Shown: positions 1-11,272 of the stretch, piece after piece
Layout: each line of letters opens with the position of its first letter
How positions within the stretch are numbered: the stretch's first letter is position 1
From: Octopus sinensis
Lineage: Eukaryota
Direction of reading: 5' to 3'
Assembly (NCBI RefSeq): GCF_006345805.1
Contig: NC_043003.1
Coordinates: forward strand, 111,476,001 to 111,540,000
Length of the DNA: 64,000 bases
Position numbers and translations under genes: made by a program
The notes under the pieces: model-generated
The model's input: the letters and a program-made list of their open reading frames with translations, nothing else
Told to the model about the DNA's origin: nothing
Database searches by the model: none

Positions 1-562
1 TCGGAGACACATTTATTGCATGCATGATGTTTCATTGCTGCAGCAATTGCTGATCCATCAATTGCCTGCCATTACATTATCGATCACTGCCAATATATAG
101 GCACATCTGTCAAAGCTTTCCACAATAACTATAACACTTTACTGCGAAATCTATCTCACCTGTACACAAACCATATAATGAGAGAAAGAACGATCCAACA
201 AGGAGGACTCTAATCACTTGATTGATGACCTAGAAATAGCAACCAAATATCCATCGAACTATAATCAATCTTTATTTGCGAAGAACGACAATTTAAATGC
301 GGTTCCTTGACTTTATTATTCCTTATAAAGTGATTGAACGCTCACGAAATGAATGGCTATAATTAAGATATGCTTGATCAGAGCTGACACGAAAATAGCA
401 AACAACAGGAACAACAAAACGCACGCAACAAAACACACACACACTGGCCCAGCAACAAAATTTGCTTAGGAGGTGCAAACCCAGGTCCTAATTTTTAATG
501 AAAAATGGGAATTTTTCCAATGTTAACATTAAAACAAATGCAGGTATAATAATAATTTTTAT

Positions 563-1100
563 TATTATGAGGGTCGGCTGAAATGTTCATAATCTGAGCA
601 AGACACTCTCAATAGAATGTGACCAAATGAAGTTCTTTTTCTAACATAGTTCCTCTTACTGTCCACACACTTCCATAAGTAGTTGCAGTGCTTAGGTCGC
701 ACTGGTGAAGATGATTTTCTGTTGATCAAAATGGCCATCAACAACAGATAACATGTTCTCATCATAGTGATACTGGTGCTCAGCTGAGTGTTTTTCTATG
801 TTGGGAAACAGTTGATAACCAGAAGGAGCCAAATCACTAACATAGGGAGGATGATCAACCAGTCCAAAGCCAGTCATACACAGCAGCCATTGAAACCAAA
901 GATTTGTGTGCTGAAGCATTATCCTAAGGAAACAAGACTACATTCATAAGTTTTTCTGGGTGTTTATTCTTGATAGCCTTTCATAACTACCTTGGGAAGT
1001 TAGCATTGAAATTTTCCATTGATGGTGTGATCATTTTGAAGATAGCCAATAAACACAATATATTTTGCATTAATGCATAGTATATGTAATAATGTGAAGT
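563..1100 (-). mobile_element. mariner-type (Tc1/mariner) transposase 3' remnant with one terminal inverted repeat
   Basis: ORF 692-919 reads GFGLVDHPPYVSDLAPSGYQLFPNIEK, matching mariner HPPYSPDLAPSDYHLF; TIR-like TATGAGGGTCGGCTGAAA at about 566; frameshifted; upstream boundary approximate. Confidence 0.8.
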
Positions 1101-1610
1101 ATAATTTGCCAGCATGGAAAATAGACATTAAACGATGATGTATTACCTATGCACTGGTCAAGTAGAAAAACGATGAGTGATAAAAAATTGGATTGTCTTT
1201 TGGTACCAAAAAAGTGAAGAAAGAGAGTAGAAAAGGTTAGGGAAGAGCAAGTAGGAAGAAAGAGAGAGTTCGGAGAAATCAGGGAATAAAGATAGACAGT
1301 AGGTAGTTGATAGAGATGGACAGGGAAAGAAATGGAAAGCAGCAGTAAGGCAGAGAGGTAGATAGAGTGGAGAGGAGAAGGACAGAGAAATAGATAGAAA
1401 AGAGAGTATTGCGCCCAAATATTGAACACTATGTAGGGTACTGAGTGGGAGCAGAAGTGGGTGTGTAATATTACATTGAGTAACAGCCGCCATAAAATGT
1501 TGCACCGAAAGTCAACACACACATATAGAATGATGAAGGAAATTGTTGTATACAGTGCTCGGGTGCACAACAACTAAAAAGAAAAAAAATGGCTATCGGG
1601 TGTACTTTTA

Positions 1611-2291
1611 GCGGAGAGGAATCAACCTCAACACCAAGCTGAAAGTCTACCGGGCAGTCGTGCTTACCACCCTACTATACGGCTGCGAGACGTGGACTGC
1701 TTACCGAAGGCACGAGCGCCAGATAAACCACTTCCACCTCAGGTGTCTTCGGAACCTCCTTCACATCCGCTGGCAGGACAAAGTCCCAGACACGGAAGGT
1801 CTGAAGCAGGCAGATCTCCCTAGCACCATCACGATCATGCGCAAGGCCCAGCTGAGATGGGCAGGCCACGTCTCCCGCATGTCCTACACTCGCACCCCAA
1901 AACAGCTCTTCTACGGTGAACTCAGCCATGGCAAACGCAAAGTCGGAGGGCAGAAGAAGCGCTTCAAGGACAGTCTCAAAGTCTCTCCCAAAGACTTCTC
2001 CATCGGCACAGAGACTTGGGAGACACTTGCTGCCGACCACTCATCCTGGCGCAGCGCAATCACCACAGGAGCAAAGACAGCCGAGGAGAGACGGATTCAG
2101 TCAGCAAAACAGAAACGCCAGATGCGGAAAGCCAGAGCCACCTGCACCAATGGCACAGCCCCTACCCACTTCTGCCCCACCTGCGGGAGGGGCTTTCTTG
2201 ACCGGATTGGCCTCACCAGCTACCTCCGGTCTCATAGCAGCAATTCCACCAAATGATGTCAATGGTCATCTTCGAACCAGAAGGATGAACA
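1611..2291 (+). mobile_element. RTE-clade LINE, 5'-truncated (post-RT domain, C-terminal zinc finger, short 3' UTR)
   Basis: ORF 1660-2256: LLYGCETW...HLRCLRNLLHIRWQDKV...QLRWAGHVSRM...PKQLFYGEL..GKRKVGGQKKRFKDSLK, ending in CPTCGRGF..RIGLTSYLRSH; GC-rich relative to flanks. Confidence 0.92.
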
Positions 2292-2299
2292 TGTATTCA

Positions 2300-2860
2300 T
2301 TCATTAGCGGATTTCAGGACAGATGGAAGTTTTGAAGGATGTAGTGTCTCGACAGCTAACAACTGATGCGGGTGGTTTATTCCATGCTTCTGCAATTCTG
2401 AGCATGAAAAATTGTTTCCAAAAGTCATGGGTGCTGAGTTGTTTTTTTTTTTTTTATAGGCATGTCTATGAATGTTTGTCATATGGAATTCAAAAAGATA
2501 CCCAAGGTTGTTGTTGGAAATATGGTGGATAATCTTGTGGGTGTCAATCAAGTCAGTTGCCAGACGTCTGAGCTTCAATATATCCATGCCCAGGAATGCA
2601 AGACGTTCAGAGTATGGTAGATGTCTGACGGGGGATATTCGCTTTGTTGCATATTTCTGAACAGTTTCCAGGAGATTTTTATGCTGACCAAGAGCGGGGT
2701 TCCAGACTAGTGATGCAAATTCCAAGTGTGGACATACTATTGTCGTATACAATTTTAAATAGATAGCTGGAGAGTGGCTGACAAAGGTCTTACTGAGTGA
2801 TGCTAGCACCCCATCAGCCTTTTTGACAATCTTAGATATGTGGTTTGTCCAATGCGGTCT
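2300..2860 (-). mobile_element. CR1-like LINE 3' fragment (same family as 49424-51398), tail-to-tail with the RTE copy
   Basis: WTNHISKIVKKADGVLASLSKTF...PHLEFASLVWNP...LPYSERLAFLG, closely matching the translation at 50740-51280. Confidence 0.9.
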
Positions 2861-2897
2861 AGCCAAAGCGCAGGATAAAACGCGTTGAGAGCATTAT

Positions 2898-3590
2898 TCT
2901 AGACGGCTAAGGACAAATGTCCTGCAGAGGGCTAGCATAGTTTCCTTGTGCTTTTAACTGAAGGTTCTCGGAATATGGCCATAAGTATAACGTTGTCCGT
3001 GGAGGAGAGGAAATCTAGCTAAAGTGGCGGATAAAGCAGTCTATGGAAAAGTGGAGACTACCCAAAGAGCCGGATTAAACGTAGTCCGTGGAGAAGGTGG
3101 ATTTTGGCGAAAGTGCCGGACTGAAAGCCATCCGTGCGTGAGTGGGAGTCTAGACAAAGCGGGGGATTAAATGTTGTCCGCGCAGGGGGCCAGTCTAGAT
3201 TAAGTAACGCATTAATCCCATGCTATTGTACTACATATTCCATCCCGAGACGAGGCATCCGGGACTGTTTGATCGGAGATGTGACCTTCATCTAAGGTGT
3301 GGTATGACTCAAATGCAGACGATGGTGCCAGCCCCTTCAGTATCTTCCATACATATATCCCTGCGTACCTCTCAGGTCTTCGCTCTATGGAGTAGATTCG
3401 TAGCTCCTTTAGTTTCTCCCAGTAGCTCATCAATCTTCCTCATGTACTATGTCTGATCTACCTCAATTTCTACTATTCATGCAAAGGTGTAGAGTGACAA
3501 CTTGCCTGCAGAGGAGTAGCATAGTTTCCTGGTGCATCGTACTGTAGATTTTCAGTATCTGTCCGTACATACATACTTACGTATATATAT

Positions 3591-3643
<53 letters not shown>

Positions 3644-3888
3644 TATATATATGTATATTGACAGGGCTGGCCTGCTAGGTAGCCGGCCAGAATGCTAGAG
3701 AATTTCCCTTGTAGTTTGATCGTTGATGATCTTTTTCTAGCATTCTGGCCGGCTACCTAGCAGGCCAGCCCTGCCAATATACACATATATTTGAATTTTC
3801 TCTGACTCCTCAGATTTTTTGAATGCTGGACTACTGGTTTTAAATTGATATTAAAATTAATATTAATTTATCTCCCTCAATTTTTAAA

Positions 3889-3927
<39 letters not shown>

Positions 3928-4470
3928 CGTAGTCCATGGAAGAGGGGGCAGTAATTCTAAATGCCGGATTAAATGTAATTCGTGGAGGAGGGATCCGTCT
4001 AACCAAAGCGTCAGATTAATCCAAAGATATTGTAGTGTATATTCCTCGCCCTAGATGTGGCAGCTGGCACTTTTGGAACGGAGATGTAACCTCTATTTGT
4101 AGGTGTGGTATAACTCAATCGCAAATGATGGTGCCAGACTCTGCAGTATCTACCATTCATATAACACTATGTATGCCTCACGTCTTTGCCCCAGGAAGTA
4201 CAGTCGTAGCTCCTTTACTCTCTCCCAGGAGCTCAGCATTGTTCCTCGTATACTATTTCTGAATTACCTGCGGTTCAGCAATTCCAAAGGCTAAAGTTGA
4301 GAACATTAATCTAGACGGCTAAGGACAAATGTCCTGCAGAGGACTAACACAGTTTCCTGGTGCCTTGTACTGAAGTTTCTCGGAATCTGGCCATATATTT
4401 AACATAGACCGAGGAGGAGGGGGCTGTAAGGACAATGATCTCAATGCAAAGTAGTCCGTGTAGAAGATAT
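2898..4470. repeat. diverged ~0.6 kb tandem duplication containing a second CR1-type 3' fragment on the minus strand
   Basis: Block TCCTGCAGAGG...CATAGTTTCCTGGTGC recurs at about 2919, 3503 and 4332; SYWEKLKELRIYSIERRPERY-type coding at 3212-3480 and again at about 4030-4290. Confidence 0.7.
3652..3893 (+). mobile_element. hairpin-plus-tail element inserted in (TA)n (Penelope pLTR-like layout)
   Basis: 48-bp inverted arms 3652-3699 and 3736-3783 with one mismatch, about 110-bp tail, (TA)n on both sides. Confidence 0.65.
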
Positions 4471-4482
4471 GGGATGAAAATT

Positions 4483-5700
4483 TTTGATTAAAACGTTTCG
4501 TCAAAATATTGAAAGGGTTTGCTGAGAATGTTTCATAAATATGTTTGATGGAAAGGTTTCATGAACATGTTTGACGAAAATGTTTGATGAACATGTCTGA
4601 TGAAAATGTCTGATGGAAATGTTTCATGAAAATGTCTGATGAAAATGTTTGATGAAAATGTTTGATGATTGATGAAAATGTCTGATGAAAATGTTTGATG
4701 AAAATGTTTGATGAAAATATCTGATGAAAATGTCTGATGGAAATGTTTGATGAAAATGTTTGATGAAAATGTCTGATGAAAATGATTAATGAAAATGTCT
4801 GATGAAAATGTTTGATGGAAATGTCTGATGAAAATGATTAATGAAAATGTAGGATGAAAATGGATGAAAATGTCTGATAAAAATATCTGATGAAAATGTT
4901 TGATAAAAATATTGAAAGGTTTTGCTGAACATGTTTCATAAAAAGTTAATGGAAATGTTTCATGAACATGTTTGACGAAAATGTTTGATGAAAATGTCTG
5001 ATGGAAATGTTTGATAAATATGTTTGATGAAAATGTTTGATAAAAATGTTTGATGAAAATCTCTAATGAAAATGTTTGATGAAAATATTGATGAATATGT
5101 TTGATGAAAATGTTTGATGAAAATGTTTAATGAAAATGTCTGGTTAAAATGTCTGATGAAAATGTTTGATGAAAATGTCTGATGGAAATGTTTGATGAAA
5201 ATATTTGATGAAAATGTCTGATGAAAATATTTGATGAAAATGTTTGATGAAAATGTTTGATGAAAATGTCTGATGAAAATGTTTGATGAAAATGTCTGAT
5301 GAAAATGTTTGATGAAAATGTTTGATGAAAATGTTTAATGAAAATGCCTGATGAAAATATTTGATGAAAATGTTTGATGAAAATGTTTGATGAAAATGTC
5401 TGATGAAAATGTTTGATGAAAATGTCTGATGAAAATGTTTAATGAAAATGTTTGATGAAAATGTTTAATGAAAATGCCTGATGAAATTTGCCATATTAAA
5501 ATGCCTGATGAAAATATTTGATGAAAATGTTCGATGAAAATGTTTGATGAAAAAGTTTGATGAAAATGTTTGATGAAAATGTCTGATGAAAATGTCTGAT
5601 GAAAATGTTTGATGAAAATCTTTGATGAAAATGTTTACTAAGAATGTTTGATGAAAATGTTTGAGGTAAATATTTGATGAAAATATTTGATGAAAATGTT
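4483..5700. repeat. 13-bp minisatellite, consensus TGATGAAAATGTY
   Basis: About 1.2 kb of tandem TGATGAAAATGTT/TGATGAAAATGTC units, more degenerate at the edges. Confidence 0.97.
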
Positions 5701-5999
5701 TTCAGAAATATATGTCTTATATTTTTATCTTTCTTGGTAATATTAGAGTGTAGTCGAGCGTTGTAGTCTCTCTAAGTGAGGGTTAAACCCCCATCAAAGT
5801 TGTGGTGGGCTTTGGTAGAAATCAATGATTCAAAGGTTAATCCCTTTGTTTTAACGTTATCTTCACATGTTCTCTCATTTTACTTTACATCATTCTGGGC
5901 GGTGCCCCACCATGGCCACAGCTCTTGAGCCGAAATGAGATAAAAATGAAAAAAAATGAATCGCATACAGCTGGCTGCGATTTAGTCACAACGCTACTA

Positions 6000-6190
6000 G
6001 GTTTAAGGACAGAGAGTCAATCTATAACATAGACCTTGATTGGTTCTTTATTTTGTAAACATCGATGAATAGGAATAAGATGCAAATTTGACTTCGACAG
6101 CATTTGAACTCAGAGCATAAAAATCCGGAAGGAATATTGAAAGGCATTTTGTTCGTTACTCAAAGTACTCTACCAATTCACCACCCGCAA
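6000..6190 (-). mobile_element. degenerate SINE (family with TTCTGAGTTCAAATTC...GTCGATAAAATAAGTACCAG)
   Basis: Reverse-complement similarity to the copies at 12538 and 33193. Confidence 0.5.
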
Positions 6191-6494
6191 TCTCAGATAT
6201 CTTTCCGTATAACCATATTTAGTTTAATCCCAGGTCAGCACGTTAATGTAAACCTATACTAAAATACATGCCTACCACGAGAGCCTTGTATGCCTTAGAC
6301 TATTTTCTTCAATATGTCGTTTGTTTAACCTAATGGTTCACAGCTGGAGTCTATATAGCTCTTACGGGCCCATAGTAGATTCGGTTTTTAAAATTTTTGT
6401 ACAGCAAATTGCTTATATTTCTTCGACACACAAAATATTTTGATTTTTTAATGTTATTCCTAATAATATTTAACTATAAAAATAAGGTGATAAT

Positions 6495-6690
6495 ATGGCA
6501 GAATCTTTGGTAACCTGGCCAAAATGCTGAGCAATATTTCGTCTGTCTTTACATTCTGAGTTTAAATTCTGTTAACTTTATTAACCATTCTTTCGGAGTC
6601 GATAAAATCATTACCAGTTGAATCCTGCCGTCGATGTATTCATCTTTCCGCCACCCACAACAAGAATCTGAGACTAATGTTTAATTATAA
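6495..6690 (+). mobile_element. degenerate SINE, same family
   Basis: GGCAGAATC...AAAATGCT...TTCTGAGTTTAAATTCTG...GGAGTCGATAAAATCATTACCAGTTGA. Confidence 0.65.
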
Positions 6691-7701
6691 AACTCTCATA
6701 GGATTTTTTTATATACAACAAACGGCTATGTCAGGCCAGTAGAATGAAGTAGGAATAAGAGTGGACGGTGAGCAAAATATATCTGAGAATATATTTGCAC
6801 GGTAGTGCGGAATATATGGATTATTTTTCCCTGCCCGCTCATGATATCATACAGACACGCCCTCGTTAGCTGTGTAGATGACATATCCAGGAAATATTCC
6901 AGTTTGCGTGATTCGAACATGATGTTTAGGGACAACATATACGGCGATAATGGACTACAATATGACTATTGGTACAGATAAGTTATATAACATTGTGATT
7001 ATAGATAAATATATACTATTTTATGTTTGCTGGATGGTTCCCTGTTGGTTGGCGTTAGTCATTTATGTGTAATCCTATAAAACCCAGACGGTAACATAGT
7101 TCAAATAAATTTATTTATTTATATGGTAATTACAGTATTTACATTTATATTCGAAAGTTTTCCAGAATTCGCCAGAAGTGTATTGTAGAAAGCGTGTATC
7201 TAACTTAGTTGTAATTAAATTAGAGACATTTAACTACAGGGTGAATTTCAGCAAAGGATTATTTGACGTTTTAAAAGATAATAACTTCCTCTTAGAAGGG
7301 CCGGACTCTGGTTGATCGTAGGCGGTTTTTACACAGCGAAAACAACAGGAACATCTAGAAACTCATAGAATGTTCGGCAATATAGCGTGAGCCTTTCTGC
7401 AAGCCAAAGGCAGGACACGTCACCTGACCTGAATGTGCTTCCACACTGGTTACTGAAAATAGGGTGTTAGTCATACAAATAAACAGTGACTACGACGATT
7501 TTTTAAAAATTAAAAACAAAAAAAGAAATGGAAATAACTCCAATGAAACCCATTAACACTGGAGACAATATATAAGCTTGTATATTTTGCATAATATATA
7601 AAATCATATGTGTTAAAGCAATGATTGTGGACATAATATAGAAAAAATTGTCATTATGGAAAACATAACTGGTAATGGACATAATATTTACCCCCTTGCC
7701 T

Positions 7702-8436
7702 ATGAGAAAAACTATGCCTCCGAGAGAAACCAAGCCTTTGAGAGGAACTATGCCTCTGATAAAAACCAAGCCTTTGAGAAAAACCATGCCTCTGAGAAAA
7801 ACCAAGCCTTTGAGAAAAAACTATGTCTCCGAGAAAAACCAAGCCTTTGAGAAAAACTATGCCTCCGAGAAAAACCAAGCCTTTGAGAAAAACCATGCCT
7901 CTGAGAAAAACCAAGCCTTTGAGAAAAACTTTGCCTCTGAGAAAAACCAAGCCTTTGAGAAAAACCATGCCTCTGAGAAAAACCAAGCCTTTGAGAAAAA
8001 ACTATGCCTCCGAGAAAAACCAAGCCTTTGAGAAAAACTATGCCTCTGAGAGAAACCAAGCCTTTGAGAAAAAACTATGCCTCTGAGAAAAACCAAGCCT
8101 TTGAGAAAAACTATGCCTCTGAGAAAAACCAAGCCTTTGAGAAAAACTATGCCTCTGAGAAAAACAAAGCCTTTGAGAAAAACTATGCCTCTGAGAAAAA
8201 CCAAGCCTTTGAGAAAAACCATGCCTCTGAGAAAAACCAAGCCTTTGAGAAAAACCATGCCTCTGAGAAAAACCAAGCCTTTGAGAAAAACCATGCCTCT
8301 GAGAAAAACCAAGCCTTTGAGAAAAACCATGCCTCTGAGAAAAACTATGCCTCTGAGAAAAACCAAGCCTTTGAGAAAAACTATGCCTCTGAGAAAAACA
8401 AAGCCTTTGAGAAAAACTATGCCTCTGAGAAAAACT
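7702..8436. repeat. 36-bp dimeric minisatellite (18+18 bp: GAGAAAAACTATGCCTCT / GAGAAAAACCAAGCCTTT)
   Basis: About 20 tandem dimers; they generate the RKTMPL/RKTKPL and EKNYAS/EKNQAF ORFs in the track. Confidence 0.97.
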
Positions 8437-8804
8437 AAAATGGTAAGTTCTGGTGTGGAAATCATTGCGTTGAAGGCCAAACGACTGCGAAGATGTTTCG
8501 CATTAAGCTCTTATGAATATATTGTCGGCGTTATTCATTCGTATTGCTTTACACTGAGAATAAATTTTATGTACGTGTTTATAATGATAAGTGAAAATGA
8601 TCAATGAGTGTTGAAATATTAATGATGTTTACTGAGACAATATAATTATTCCAGTGACGCCGACGACGGCGATAGTAATGGTGAGGTGGCTATGGTGTAC
8701 GAATCTACGGAATATAGTGAATTTGATTATGAATATCAGTAATGTGGTTAAGCAATAATAACCAGACAGATATTAATTGTCATGAAGCAAATATTAACAC
8801 CTAT

Positions 8805-9190
8805 TTGGAAGCACTCCGTCGGTTACGACGACGAGGGTTCCGGTTGATCCGAATCAACAGAACAGCCTGCTCGTGAAATTAACGTGTAAGTGGCTGAGCA
8901 CTCCACAGACACGTGTACCCTTAACGTAGTTCTCGGGGATATTCAGCGTGACACAGAGAGTGACAAGGCCGGCCCCTTGAAATACAGGTACAACAGAAAC
9001 AGGAAGTAAGAGTGAGAGAAAGTTGTGGTGAAAGTGTACAGCAGGGATCACCACCATCCCCTGCCGGAGCCTCGTGGAGCTTTAGGTGTTTTTGCTCAAT
9101 AAACATTCACAACGCCCGGTCTGGGAATCGAAACCGCAATCCTATGACCGCGAGTCCGCTGCCCTAACCACTGGGCCATTGCGCCTCCAC
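8805..9190 (-). mobile_element. full-length tRNA-derived SINE with 11-bp TSD
   Basis: Head GGAGGCGCAATGGCCCAGTGGTTAGGGCAGCGGAC...GGTTTCGATTCCC (A and B boxes); TSD TTAACACCTAT at 8794-8804 and 9191-9201. Confidence 0.92.
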
Positions 9191-9691
9191 TTAACACCTA
9201 TAAATTAACTAGAAATGGATAGAGAAAACACTGTACTTATATTATTACAAGTCATATCTTGATACTTCTAAATCTACAAGACAAGTAATCACATACTGGC
9301 TTTCAAACAGAAGATAGATCAAAAGGTCAAGCCTACTATCCACCCCATTTCCCACAGAATGTTCATAAGAACGACCATGCAGTCCTCCATAAGTGTACGT
9401 TACTTTGCAATGCACAATTTCTTTTTATTTATGCATTAAGATGAATTTTAATACACTTATTTTGGAGTGAGAAACTTAAAGATATGTAATACTTCCCCTA
9501 TTATAGAACCTTTCACAAAAGGAAGTGTAGGATCTTTTATTTGATTTTGATATTCGAGATTTTTATATATCTTGCACTAAATCTCTAATAGTACACTCAT
9601 TAACCTCCGTCAATTACTATACATCTAGTAGGAAATCATATTCTAACGTCGTGTGGAACTCTCGCGTAAACCTGATTGAAAAATAAGTGCG

Positions 9692-9732
<41 letters not shown>

Positions 9733-9740
<8 letters not shown>

Positions 9741-10282
9741 TTAGTGAATTGAAGAAATGGAGTTGAACGAAGATTGAACAGAATTCCTTTTATTGCATTC
9801 TACACATGTTTCAAAAGCCACAATTTTCCAAATTCTGATTAAATAAGGATACCATATTGTGGCTTTGTCTTCAGGAAAAAAAATAGGAATTCCCTCAGTT
9901 CAGCCATGGGCTCTTAAAGAGCCTCCTCGTTCAAATTTACTTTGCTGCGCCTCTGTTCTGTTTTGTTCTGCTAACGGAATTCCTATTTTTTTCCTGAAGA
10001 GAAAGCCACAATATGGTATCCGTATTTAATCAGAATTTGGAAAATTGTGGCTTTTGAAACATGAGTAGAATGCAATAAAAGGAATTCTGTTCAATCTTCG
10101 TTCAACTCCAATTCTTCAATTCACTAATAATATTAAAATTCAATTATCCGCACCAACACCGTTGCAACACCAAATGGTTTTATCTCCAACCGTGCTTTCT
10201 TCTGCTGTGATTTTTGCTACCAAGGTATCGGTTAAACTTTTGATTAATCTGCAACAAGATTATTCATCTTTCTATTTTACCA

Positions 10283-10285
<3 letters not shown>
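9733..10285 (+). mobile_element. Penelope-like inverted pseudo-LTR remnant in (TA)n, with a hammerhead motif in each arm
   Basis: About 160-bp inverted arms 9733-9893 and 9976-10135 with few mismatches, 150-bp tail, (TA)n on both sides; AATAAA follows the hammerhead motif. Confidence 0.8.
9991..10070 (+). ncRNA. minimal type-I hammerhead ribozyme motif with canonical core
   Basis: TTC-CTGAAGA(9994-10000)-GAAAGCCACAAT...ATTGTGGCTTTT-GAAAC(10056-60)-ATGA-GTA-GAA; stems I, II and III all pair; the minus-strand copy in the left arm has the palindrome ACATGT in stem III. Confidence 0.78.
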
Positions 10286-10353
<68 letters not shown>

Positions 10354-10788
10354 AGTTTCCATCAATGAATAGATGTAAGAATAAACCATTTTGGACATCT
10401 CAATAACTAGTCAACATTATCAAATGATAATTTTTTTTCTTTGCATGATGTAACAGAATAAACATTCTCCAAACAGCTGTAGTTAAAAACGATCCATGTG
10501 TTGTTATTTGTTTCTCATTCTCCTAAATCAGAACCTGTAATTAGCTTGGAGCTGGAGTCTATAAAATGCGGTACAATAGATGCAGCATGGGTACCCATGC
10601 TCGACCTTGATGAGTCGTTTCATGTTCAGTCGATCCTTTGTGATTGTACAGACAACTGGAGTGCGAATCTATGTTTGCTCTTGTAAGAATTTATTCGTCT
10701 TCAAATATTCTTTGTGCACTATAGCGATATCACCCACCCGACTAATGCTTTACTATTTAAGTACTAGATTCGCTTGAATCCTGCAATA

Positions 10789-10823
<35 letters not shown>

Positions 10824-10829
<6 letters not shown>

Positions 10830-11048
10830 TAAAGCAGCAGAAAATTCTACAAAACCTGTTCCTCTGAGTTTCGCGTTGTCGTTCATCGGACAGTTTCTGC
10901 TAGAAAAAATGTCCGATGTACGGCAACGGGAAACTCAGAGTAACAGGTTTTGTAGAGTTTTCTGCTGCTTTAAATAAAGCATATTACTCTACCACTGGTA
11001 TTTGAGTACTCCTTTTTCCACCTTATTTCACATTTATGTGTTTACTCC

Positions 11049-11050
<2 letters not shown>
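10824..11050 (+). mobile_element. Penelope-like inverted pLTR remnant in (TA)n with a variant hammerhead motif
   Basis: 69-bp inverted arms 10824-10892 and 10910-10978, 72-bp tail; arm consensus TGT-CCGATGA-ACG GCAA CGN-GAAAC-TCAGA-GTA-ACA. Confidence 0.72.
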
Positions 11051-11082
<32 letters not shown>

Positions 11083-11089
<7 letters not shown>

Positions 11090-11272
11090 ACCACGTGACC
11101 GACAAGACCATCAGATGTTGCTAAACATCGCATTGTTTTAGCCTTCGAATGAAGGCCACCCCGCTGGCTAAGCGACCAGGCCGTGGTGAAAGAGTACAGC
11201 AGGGATACCCCCTGCCGGAGCTTCGTGGAGCTTTAGGTGTTTTCGCTCAATAAACACACACAATGCACGGTC
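11083..11272 (-). mobile_element. truncated, internally deleted tRNA-SINE (family of 14681-14992)
   Basis: Shares CCCTGCCGGAGC..CGTGGAGCTTTAGGTGTTT and the GTGACCGAC..ATCAGATGTTG tail. Confidence 0.8.

Noticed and set aside
1-470. QYIGTS as a GIY-YIG remnant
   Set aside because: A single short word with no supporting upstream motif inside the window.
1070-1573. 167-aa hydrophobic minus-strand ORF
   Set aside because: Produced by a purine-rich low-complexity tract; no recognisable domain.
4483-5700. Coding or telomere-like role for the 13-bp array
   Set aside because: Unit is not a multiple of 3, is stop-rich on the plus strand, and is not a known telomeric motif.
7702-8436. CRISPR-like regular array
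   Set aside because: No unique spacers; it is a pure tandem dimer in eukaryotic DNA with no cas genes.
9115-9190. tRNA gene
   Set aside because: The tRNA-like head continues into a SINE body with TSDs and has no proper acceptor stem; same for 14920-14991.
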